Shown: piece after piece, positions 7,552 through 13,808 of the stretch
Layout of the letters: the number at the start of each line of letters is the position of its first letter
Position numbering within the stretch: position 1 is the first letter of the stretch
Source of the DNA: a virus
Lineage: Duplodnaviria; Caudoviricetes
Strand: one strand, 5' to 3'
DNA: 64,000 bases
IMG/VR virus record: IMGVR_UViG_3300020213_000034
Coordinates: 611-64,610 of that record
Position numbers and translations under genes: made by a program
Notes under the pieces: model-generated
Told to the model about the DNA's origin: nothing
Seen by the model: the letters and a program-made list of their open reading frames with translations, nothing else
Databases searched by the model: none

Positions 7552-8966
7552 TTGAGCTGGAAGTGCGTGTATTGGCTGATGTTGTGGCCAAAGCGGGCAA
7601 ACGGTCCCGTATTGTAGTCGTAGACGAAGGCCATGGCTCCGCGCTTCTGGTGGTTGAACGCCTTCAGGCGGTGCCACTCATTCGGCGCCGTAAGGCCGGG
7701 GATATATTCGATGGAGACGCCCTGCTCTTCGAAGGCGGCGGGATTGCTCGATCCCTTGCGATGCTGGTCGCCCAAGTGCCACTCGCGGAACTCGGTCTCG
7801 GACCAGTCCTTTCGGCGCTCGTTTGCCATCAAGGCAGCGAGACGAATGGGCGAAACAGAGTGGCCATGCTCGAAACCGATCAACGTCCTGCCATAGCGAT
7901 GAAACTTGTAGGGCGAAGAGCTGGCGTCCACGACCACATTCGGGTCTGTGTGAAAGTAGGCCCGAAGCAGGCGGGCCAGCGTGAAGTCAGCCATGCGGCT
8001 GTGATTGCCGGGAATCTGATAGATGTAGACCTTCTTGGCAATCTTGCGGGCGCGATTGACCATCTCGATTGCGATGCCCTCAGCGCGCTCGTAGACGTGA
8101 TGCCACGCAATGGCTTCGGGCTGGGCCGTGCCGGCTGTGGTCGTGTGAAAGACGTTGTCAACGTGCGTGAAGTCGTTGCCGAACGGCATGAAAACCTCAT
8201 CGAAAGGCCCGAACGCCATGGCTTTTTGGTAAAGGTCGTCGATGGCGGACATAATATGCGCGGCAGATAGGTCGATGTCCCACGGGCCGTCAGCCTCGGG
8301 TTGTTGGCATAGCAGGCCAATGTGCGGGTCCATGATGTCGATTTCAATGGCGCGTCGGTGGGGCAGCGTCAGCTTTCGCACCGCCGGGATGTCGAGCACT
8401 GGCGCATTTTCTTGAATCTTCCTCAGCAAGGATTCGCCGGCCAGAATCAACGGAGCCTTGCGCTTCAGCTTGACCTTCACCTGCCAGAGCTGTTCCCGAA
8501 CAGGAGTCTTGCTTCCGCGGGTCCACAGCGTGGACTGGGTGCCGTTGGGCCCGGCGGCAATGACCGTCTTGCCGTCCGCCGCTGCTCCGCCAACCGTCGT
8601 CGCCGGCTCGCGCATGATGACAGACCACTTGTTCACCTCCGAGCTTTCCACCGTCCAGATGTCGAGGTTGACCTTGGACGCCGCCAGCAATTGCTCGACG
8701 GTGGTGATGTCGGGCGACACGGAATAGGCCGTTGCCTCGTCCCCCGACTCCTTGAACCCTGATCGTGGTCCAGCCGCCTCGGAAGAGGCGCCCGTGTCGG
8801 CGGACTTATCCTTGCCGGATTCGATCGCCATTATGGCCCGACCGGCCGCGGCCCTAGAAATGCCAAGGGCGCTTGCCACGCGATGGCGCCCGTGACCCGG
8901 ATTGCGCTCGAGGTAACTTCTAATGCTTTGAATCTTTTCGCTGAACTTGACGTCTTGTTTGGTCAT
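7548..8966 (-). CDS. calcineurin-like metallophosphoesterase with N-terminal HTH
   Basis: DPHIG, GNDFTHVD, PGNH, EHGH, GDQH motifs. Confidence 0.8.
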   Translation of the reverse strand: MTKQDVKFSEKIQSIRSYLERNPGHGRHRVASALGISRAAAGRAIMAIESGKDKSADTGASSEAAGPRSGFKESGDEATAYSVSPDITTVEQLLAASKVNLDIWTVESSEVNKWSVIMREPATTVGGAAADGKTVIAAGPNGTQSTLWTRGSKTPVREQLWQVKVKLKRKAPLILAGESLLRKIQENAPVLDIPAVRKLTLPHRRAIEIDIMDPHIGLLCQQPEADGPWDIDLSAAHIMSAIDDLYQKAMAFGPFDEVFMPFGNDFTHVDNVFHTTTAGTAQPEAIAWHHVYERAEGIAIEMVNRARKIAKKVYIYQIPGNHSRMADFTLARLLRAYFHTDPNVVVDASSSPYKFHRYGRTLIGFEHGHSVSPIRLAALMANERRKDWSETEFREWHLGDQHRKGSSNPAAFEEQGVSIEYIPGLTAPNEWHRLKAFNHQKRGAMAFVYDYNTGPFARFGHNISQYTHFQLK

Positions 8967-8968
8967 AA

Positions 8969-9184
8969 TTATTTGCCTGTCGGTGCCCCTTGTAGCGCGA
9001 CGACCAAAGCAACGGCTTTTGGTCTGGCTGTGGTCGTCCCATCAAAAGTTATCCCTGATGCAGCATGGAGCCATGTCCAGCTCCACCCATCGCTCATTTC
9101 GTGCATCCTGAGCTGCATCCCAAATGCGCTGGCGGCTTTGGCGAGGTTTTCGGCCTGCTCGTATGTCGGCCAAGCGAGATTCAT
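8969..9184 (-). CDS. hypothetical protein
   Basis: first ORF of the leftward operon. Confidence 0.55.
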   Translation of the reverse strand: MNLAWPTYEQAENLAKAASAFGMQLRMHEMSDGWSWTWLHAASGITFDGTTTARPKAVALVVALQGAPTGK

Positions 9185-9389
9185 CGCACGTCTATGCTTT
9201 TCATTGCGTTACCAGAACCAGACAGGCGCAAAGAGCGCAAGTAAAATCTTACTGTTGACCGTCCGGAATGTAACCGCATGGTAGTAGGTGTTGGGGAAAG
9301 GTGGGACCGCGCCGGGGGAAACAACGACACCTCGTCAGTTTCATCCACTGCCGGGGAGAGCCGGACGACTCCCCGGCCCCCTCCTATTT

Positions 9390-9596
9390 ATGCAAGAGAA
9401 ACAGAGACACCCAAACCCGACCGATTCGTGGGTCGCACCCGAGCACGCCCGCATGGCCTACGGCATGCGCCGTTTCCGCCACGGGATCAAGGACCGTGAT
9501 GGGCTGTGGATCGCCCGACCCGGAGAGAGAATCCTGCCGGAACCCGAGTGCCTGCGTCATCAAAGATGGTCCGATGCGAGAAAAGATATTTGTTGA
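9390..9596 (+). CDS. possible small hypothetical protein
   Basis: ATG ORF downstream of a TTGACC promoter-like element at 9254. Confidence 0.3.
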   Translation: MQEKQRHPNPTDSWVAPEHARMAYGMRRFRHGIKDRDGLWIARPGERILPEPECLRHQRWSDARKDIC

Positions 9597-9687
9597 CAGG
9601 CCAAAAATAATCCCCATTTCTGGCCCTTTCTTTTCCCCTTTTCTTTGTCAAAATATTTTCGAGGAACCGCACATACGAAAACTACTG

Positions 9688-10074
9688 TCAGTGACCGAGA
9701 ATAACGACAGAGTGAGAGCGAGGATGCCAGACAAACGAAACCGATGCCATCTTGTCGCAAAGAGCCCAGACGCGATCCGCAATCGGCCGCAAATTCGGGT
9801 GACGCACTTTCCAGAGCCGAGCGGCGCCATTGATGACCAAGCTCGAATCGCCCTTCACGAGAAGTTCGTAGCCGGAAAATCCGCGCTCTCCGGTGATGTC
9901 CAGCAAGCCTTGCTCGAGCGTCATCCACTCAGCCTGATTGTTGGTTATCGGGCTTCCGTATTCCTTTTGCACTATTTTAGCAACACCTTGCTCATCAGAG
10001 ACTTGGAAGGAACCATATCCGTTTCCCGGATTGGTTGGTCGAGCGCCTCCATCGAAAATCAGCGTCAGTTTCAT
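9688..10074 (-). CDS. rnhA: ribonuclease HI
   Basis: FDGGARP.NPG..G, TNNQAEW, GDS.LVI, W.PR. Confidence 0.85.
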   Translation of the reverse strand: MKLTLIFDGGARPTNPGNGYGSFQVSDEQGVAKIVQKEYGSPITNNQAEWMTLEQGLLDITGERGFSGYELLVKGDSSLVINGAARLWKVRHPNLRPIADRVWALCDKMASVSFVWHPRSHSVVILGH

Positions 10075-10190
10075 CTGCGGCCTTAATTGCTGTCAGCGGA
10101 CGATTTATGTAGCAAGGACAAAGAACATGAAGAATAATCAAAATAGTTGTTGACGACCCCGGCTGTTTTAGTATTTGGTCAGCGTATAAC

Positions 10191-10328
10191 TCTTGTGCTT
10201 CAGGTTTGAGCTGCAATCAGACCTACGTTTCCGGAAAAACTGCCGGCCGTCCAAACCACCACCGGGTGAGAGGGGCGCAAGTGATGTTCTTTTTTGTTTC
10301 GACCAGTTCGGCGGATTGCCGGCTGGTC
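10191..10328 (+). ncRNA. structured leader RNA of the tRNA array
   Basis: closing stem CTTGTGCTTC/GGGGCGCAAG enclosing AGGTTTGA/TCAGACCT, CCGG/CCGG and CACC/GGTG hairpins, then a GACCAGTTCGGC/GCCGGCTGGTC hairpin. Confidence 0.45.
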
Positions 10329-10331
10329 TCT

Positions 10332-10406
10332 GCCTCAGTGATGTAGAAGTCAACATACGACCTTGCCAAGGTTGATACCAGAGTGCGAATCTCTGCTGGG
10401 GCACCA
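10332..10406 (+). tRNA. tRNA-Gly(GCC)
   Basis: cloverleaf; anticodon loop TTGCCAA; encoded CCA. Confidence 0.9.
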
Positions 10407-10411
10407 ATTTT

Positions 10412-10538
10412 CTGAAGACGACGGACGAGGCTTTGGCCCGGCGAAAATCCGGGATGGGTAGCGAGCGGTCGTTTTCAGGTGTCCGATGGTAGCGCGGGTC
10501 ACTTGGCTTGCCACTGTGTCAGCGCGAGAGTAGGACCT
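10412..10538 (+). ncRNA. unknown structured RNA
   Basis: CTGAAGACGAC/GTCGTTTTCAG stem enclosing a T-arm-like CCCGG-CGAAAAT-CCGGG, followed by a second paired domain. Confidence 0.4.
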
Positions 10539-10539
10539 C

Positions 10540-10628
10540 GGGTCGATTCCGATAGCAGCGAATCGTTTGGCCTTTTAAGCCAACTGGAGAAATCCACGTC
10601 GGGGGTGCAAGTCCCTCTCGGCCCACCA
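10540..10628 (+). tRNA. tRNA-Lys(TTT) with long variable arm
   Basis: TTGGC-CTTTTAA-GCCAA; variable stem TGGA-GAAA-TCCA; CCA. Confidence 0.88.
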
Positions 10629-10634
10629 ATTTAT

Positions 10635-10709
10635 GGCGGTTTAGCCAAGCAGTAAGGCAGTGGCTTGCAAACCCACTATACGTCAGTGCAATTCTGACAA
10701 CCGCCTCCA
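10635..10709 (+). tRNA. tRNA-Cys(GCA)
   Basis: loop TTGCAAA; U73; CCA. Confidence 0.9.
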
Positions 10710-10713
10710 AACT

Positions 10714-10783
10714 AGGAAGAAATGCCGGCTCGAATCCGGCGCGGTCCTACGGACCGACTCGTCTAAGCGACAAGGCGCTTCCT
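10714..10783 (+). ncRNA. circularly permuted tRNA-like RNA (YrlA/Y-RNA-like topology)
   Basis: AGGAAG, AAAT, T-arm GCCGG-CTCGAAT-CCGGC, closed acceptor hairpin CGGTCC-TAC-GGACCG, D-arm GTCT-AAGCGACA-AGGC, CTTCCT. Confidence 0.65.
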
Positions 10784-10789
10784 CTCTTT

Positions 10790-10865
10790 AGGCCGAAAGC
10801 ATTGTTAGTAATGCACCTCCCTTGCACGGAGATTTCTGCGGGTGCAACTCCCGCTCGGTCCACCA
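10790..10865 (+). tRNA. tRNA-Ala(TGC)
   Basis: loop CTTGCAC; G3-U70; CCA. Confidence 0.9.
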
Positions 10866-10871
10866 ATTTAT

Positions 10872-10929
10872 GTTCCGGCCCACCTGACTTGTGGGCTTAA
10901 ATGATGTAGTCGTAAAACTAGGAACTCCA
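10872..10929 (+). ncRNA. small three-way-junction RNA ending in CCA
   Basis: GTTCC/GGAAC stem plus TCCA; GGCCCAC/GTGGGCT and TAGT/ACTA hairpins. Confidence 0.4.
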
Positions 10930-10930
10930 T

Positions 10931-11006
10931 GCATCGGTAATTCAGTGGCCAGAATGTCTGCCTTCCAAGCAGAACGTCGTGGGTTCGACTCCCACCCGGT
11001 GCTCCA
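10931..11006 (+). tRNA. tRNA-Gly(TCC)
   Basis: canonical cloverleaf; loop CTTCCAA; U73; CCA. Confidence 0.93.
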
Positions 11007-11012
11007 TTTCAT

Positions 11013-11097
11013 CCAGCAGTGCCAGAGCAGCAATTGGAGGTGGCTGTAAACCATCTGCCTTCGGGCTACGGAGGTGCAAGTCCTTCCTGCTGGACCA
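11013..11097 (+). tRNA. tRNA-Tyr(GTA), C1-G72, long variable arm
   Basis: CCAGCAG/CTGCTGG acceptor; loop CTGTAAA. Confidence 0.9.
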
Positions 11098-11104
11098 ATT
11101 TCAT

Positions 11105-11179
11105 GGGGGATTAGCTTAAATAGTAGAGCGCGTGCCTGATTAGCGCGTGGCGGTGGAGCGTTACCACCATCCCCTACCA
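11105..11179 (+). tRNA. tRNA-Ile(GAT)
   Basis: loop CTGATTA (U37); T-loop AGCGTTA; CCA. Confidence 0.88.
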
Positions 11180-11185
11180 TTTCAT

Positions 11186-11259
11186 AGGGCCGACAGGTAT
11201 AGTATCGGCAGGCACTCCAAACGCCTAGCGAGTTGGTGCGATTCCAACCGGCCTTGCCA
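11186..11259 (+). tRNA. tRNA-Trp(CCA)
   Basis: loop CTCCAAA; G73; weak D arm; CCA. Confidence 0.82.
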
Positions 11260-11260
11260 T

Positions 11261-11378
11261 TTCAGTATGATAGCAACGATAGCGACAGCGTATGTCGCAT
11301 TGTGGATGATCCTTCTTCCGCAGTGGCGACGTAAGAACTAAGACAACAACAGGGCCGCCGGACGCCGACGCCCTCTAA
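11261..11378 (+). ncRNA. unknown structured spacer RNA
   Basis: long hairpin TATGTCGC-ATTGTGGA/TCCGCAGT-GGCGACGTA plus an AGGGC/GCCCT hairpin. Confidence 0.35.
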
Positions 11379-11383
11379 ATTTC

Positions 11384-11459
11384 GGGACGGTAGCTGATGT
11401 AGTCATAGCGGCGGCCTGAAGAGCCGTTGAAGTTGGTGCAATTCCAACCCGTCCCACCA
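11384..11459 (+). tRNA. tRNA-Phe(GAA)
   Basis: loop CTGAAGA; CCA. Confidence 0.9.
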
Positions 11460-11465
11460 TTTTAT

Positions 11466-11537
11466 TGCCGGGAGATTTGGAATCCTCCAGCCTCATAAGC
11501 TCGGATGAAGTGAGTTCGATTCTCACCCCAGCATCCA
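11466..11537 (+). tRNA. tRNA with CAT anticodon (Met/fMet-like), miniature D arm
   Basis: loop CTCATAA; T arm GTGAG-TTCGATT-CTCAC; CCA. Confidence 0.78.
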
Positions 11538-11543
11538 TTTCAT

Positions 11544-11619
11544 CGGTCCAAAGTGTTACTTGGTCGCACACTCCGTTTGGGGCGGAATAGTCGGGGTTCA
11601 AATCCCCGTGGGCCGACCA
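11544..11619 (+). tRNA. tRNA-Pro(TGG)
   Basis: C1-G72; loop TTTGGGG; CCA. Confidence 0.92.
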
Positions 11620-11642
11620 CCTTCGTCAGCAATATCAACCCA

Positions 11643-11999
11643 ATGCTAGTCATTTTCATTCTCATGAATATCTCCTGCCCCCCGAATTACAAGACGTCCG
11701 TCTCCGCCAGCCCGCGCAATCAGTTCGGGATGCTTGGCGGATATACGCCTCCGCTTCAGTGGAGCGTTGATCCGACGTTTGGCTCGTTTATTGAAGACCC
11801 GGAGCATCCCGGCGACACAACCCTCGGCTTCTTCGTTGCGACAACCGATAATGCAAGGTATGGCCAAACGACCAATTATACGGTCACGGCCCAAACGGTC
11901 AACGGGCCAGTCGTGCAAAGTGGAGGCGTGCAGCTAAGTTTTCCGGAGGCCCCGGCTGACCATATTACGGTGACCGTGGGTCTACCAGTCCCTGCCTAA
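11643..11999 (+). CDS. hypothetical beta-rich (Ig-like?) protein inside the tRNA array
   Basis: ~118-aa ORF filling the gap between two tRNA-Pro genes; alternative start at 11664. Confidence 0.6.
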   Translation: MLVIFILMNISCPPNYKTSVSASPRNQFGMLGGYTPPLQWSVDPTFGSFIEDPEHPGDTTLGFFVATTDNARYGQTTNYTVTAQTVNGPVVQSGGVQLSFPEAPADHITVTVGLPVPA

Positions 12000-12009
12000 T
12001 GGCAGTTTT

Positions 12010-12085
12010 CCAGATGTGGTGCCAAAGGCTGGCGACTCCGCTCGGAACGGAGATTATGCAGGTTCGAGTCCTGTCATCTGGACCA
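12010..12085 (+). tRNA. tRNA-Pro(CGG)
   Basis: loop CTCGGAA; CCA. Confidence 0.9.
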
Positions 12086-12089
12086 TTTC

Positions 12090-12167
12090 AAATCAGCGGT
12101 GAGCCGGCGCGAATCCGGCCTGCACCTCGGCCAAGGTTTTTCGCGGGCTCCGCGAATCCGCTGATTT
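12090..12167 (+). ncRNA. unknown four-way RNA with 5'-proximal T-arm
   Basis: AAATCAGCGG/CCGCTGATTT stem; GCCGG-CGCGAAT-CCGGC; TTCGCGG/CCGCGAA. Confidence 0.5.
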
Positions 12168-12177
12168 TCACTTTCAC

Positions 12178-12251
12178 GGGTTATTGTTGAATGAGTATCT
12201 TGTCCCTCTGTCTAAGGGACGTAGCGAGTGCGAGTCTCGCATAGCCCGCCA
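12178..12251 (+). tRNA. tRNA-Asp(GTC), unpaired D region
   Basis: loop CTGTCTA; G73; CCA. Confidence 0.82.
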
Positions 12252-12255
12252 TTTC

Positions 12256-12331
12256 CCACGATTAGTTCAACGGCTAGAACGGCAGTCCTACACACTGCGC
12301 GCAGAGGGTTCGACTCCTTCATCGTGGACCA
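12256..12331 (+). tRNA. tRNA-Val(TAC)
   Basis: loop CCTACAC (C33); CCA. Confidence 0.88.
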
Positions 12332-12336
12332 TTTAT

Positions 12337-12415
12337 TGCAAGGAAGGCAAATCGGTGAACGCCGGCAGTCTGTTAAACTGTGTCGTAGATGGTTCGACCC
12401 CATCCCTTGCAGCCA
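12337..12415 (+). tRNA. tRNA-Asn(GTT)
   Basis: loop CTGTTAA; G73; CCA. Confidence 0.9.
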
Positions 12416-12419
12416 TTTC

Positions 12420-12495
12420 GGGAGTGTAGCTCAGCAGTCAGAGCATTCGGTTGTTAACCGACAGCGCGCAGGTGCGAATCCTGCCACTCCCTCCA
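12420..12495 (+). tRNA. tRNA with GTT anticodon but U73 (identity uncertain)
   Basis: GGGAGTG/CACTCCC-T-CCA; loop TTGTTAA. Confidence 0.82.
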
Positions 12496-12496
12496 T

Positions 12497-12572
12497 TCTC
12501 GCGTAGCTCAGTAGTTAGAGCGCCTCCTTGACATGGAGTAGGTCGCTGGTGCGATTCCAGCTGCGAGAACCA
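12497..12572 (+). tRNA. tRNA-Val(GAC)
   Basis: loop TTGACAT; CCA. Confidence 0.9.
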
Positions 12573-12577
12573 TTTGA

Positions 12578-12637
12578 GCCCTTGGACAATACCGTGTGCC
12601 GCATCCCGGCAGCTGTGCGACCCAGCAATCCAACGGC
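12578..12637 (+). ncRNA. small structured RNA / degenerate tRNA-like element
   Basis: GCC-TTGGA/TCCAA-GGC stem; TGCCG/CGGCA; T-like GCTG-TGCGACC-CAGC. Confidence 0.4.
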
Positions 12638-12643
12638 GGTTAC

Positions 12644-12718
12644 GGGCCTATAGTGTAACAGTCAGCACACGGAGCTTTGACCTCTTGAGACTAGGTGCAA
12701 ATCCTAGTGGGCCTGCCA
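12644..12718 (+). tRNA. tRNA-Gln(TTG)
   Basis: loop CTTTGAC; G73; CCA. Confidence 0.9.
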
Positions 12719-12725
12719 ATTTCAT

Positions 12726-12800
12726 GCCTCGTTCGTATATCGGCAATTACGCCGCTCTCTGAAAGCGGACAGGGTGGTTCGATTCCATCACGGGGCGCCA
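12726..12800 (+). tRNA. tRNA-Gln(CTG)
   Basis: loop CTCTGAA; G73; CCA. Confidence 0.9.
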
Positions 12801-13022
12801 TTTCAATCGCGGGCATTCGCTGTCTTGTCTATCTGGCGGGATAGAGGAAGTTCGCGTCTGCACAACACGTCGAGGCAGGCTCACGCCGTTACGACCTCAC
12901 GACCGCAGCAAGCCAAACAGAACGAGGGGTGAGTGTTGCTCCTATGACTTCGGGTTGGCGCTCAGACAAATGAATGCCTCCTGCTTCGGCAGAAGACAGA
13001 AACGCGGCTACAGCGATTGAAA
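12801..13022 (+). ncRNA. rnpB: minimal RNase P RNA (catalytic domain intact, specificity domain nearly absent)
   Basis: P1 TTTCAATCGC/GCGATTGAAA; P2 GGGCATTC/GAATGCCT; P3; CR-I GAGGAAGTTCGCGT pairing with CR-V ACAGAAACGCGGCTA (P4 with bulged U); P5; P6; P15 with GGU; CR-IV AGACAAATG; P19 CTGC-TTCG-GCAG. Confidence 0.88.
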
Positions 13023-13029
13023 ACTTTAC

Positions 13030-13104
13030 GGACCACAAGCATTAACAGTGATGCACTAGGCTCTTACCCTTGGGAACACGGCGCAATACCGTGGCGGTCC
13101 ACCA
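13030..13104 (+). tRNA. tRNA-Lys(CTT)
   Basis: loop CTCTTAC; CCA. Confidence 0.9.
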
Positions 13105-13106
13105 AT

Positions 13107-13160
13107 TTCTGCCAGTTGCCGGATACCCAACGCGGTTCCCGGAACCTTCTTCTGGCAGGA
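13107..13160 (+). ncRNA. small structured spacer element
   Basis: TTCTGCCAG/CTGGCAGGA stem enclosing GGTTCC/GGAACC. Confidence 0.35.
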
Positions 13161-13164
13161 TCAT

Positions 13165-13236
13165 GGCCGGCGATTCAGCAATCCACAGACTCTCATAAGG
13201 TCAGTGAATCCGGGGCAGCACCGGAGCCAGCTTCCA
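13165..13236 (+). tRNA. tRNA with CAT anticodon (Met or Ile2), reduced D arm
   Basis: loop CTCATAA; T-loop GGCAGCA; CCA. Confidence 0.75.
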
Positions 13237-13241
13237 ATTTC

Positions 13242-13319
13242 GGTCTAAATGCGGAGATAGTCACCGCGCATCATTGGTAATGATGAATAGGCTGGGTGCG
13301 AATCCCAGTTAGACCTCCA
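13242..13319 (+). tRNA. tRNA-Thr(GGT)
   Basis: loop TTGGTAA; U73; CCA. Confidence 0.9.
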
Positions 13320-13325
13320 GTTTAC

Positions 13326-13409
13326 GGGGATATGGTGGAACGGCAGACACAGTTGCCTTAGAAGCATCCGACGAAAGTCATGGGGGTTCAAATCCCTCTA
13401 TCCCTACCA
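13326..13409 (+). tRNA. tRNA-Leu(TAG)
   Basis: loop CTTAGAA; long variable arm; CCA. Confidence 0.92.
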
Positions 13410-13415
13410 ATTTAT

Positions 13416-13490
13416 GGCCGATTCGACAACCAGCTAAGTCCTCGCCCTTTCAAGGCGAAGTAGTGGGGGCAGCACCCACATCGGCTACCA
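13416..13490 (+). tRNA. tRNA-Glu(TTC)
   Basis: loop CTTTCAA; CCA. Confidence 0.9.
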
Positions 13491-13495
13491 TTTAT

Positions 13496-13570
13496 GGCCT
13501 GTTCGTCTATAAGTCAGGACGGTTGCTTCTCAAGCATCAAAGGCGGGAGCGTTACCCGCACAGGCTACCA
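13496..13570 (+). tRNA. tRNA-Glu(CTC)
   Basis: loop TTCTCAA; CCA. Confidence 0.88.
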
Positions 13571-13571
13571 T

Positions 13572-13805
13572 TTGATTGGAACTACCCAGATGCGCTGGGA
13601 CGTGGCAGCAGGAAGCTGAAGGGGATGCGCAAGCGAGTCGGGTCATGGCTGACAAGGGCGAAACTCCGTTACACTAAGGCACTCCCAGAGATCGTAAGCT
13701 CTGGCTCCGCGCTGCAGGGAAGCATTTTCAAATGAGCGGTCAACCGAATGCCATCCCTCCGCTACACGGGCCTCTCGGCGGGATGCAAAACCCGCTTTCA
13801 ATCAA
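13572..13805 (+). ncRNA. unknown ~235-nt multi-helix RNA
   Basis: terminal stem TTGATTGGAA/TTTCAATCAA; nested GTGGC/GCTAC and GGGGATG/CATCCCT; hairpins CCCAG/CTGGG, CAGC/GCTG, CCAGAG/CTCTGG, GCATT/AATGC, GCGGG/CCCGC. Confidence 0.6.
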
Positions 13806-13808
13806 TCT

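Noticed and set aside
13572-13805. tmRNA, or a trans-encoded RNase P S-domain
   Set aside because: No G3-U70 alanyl acceptor or CCA end, no tag ORF ending in AA, and no recognisable CR-II/CR-III T-loop motifs.
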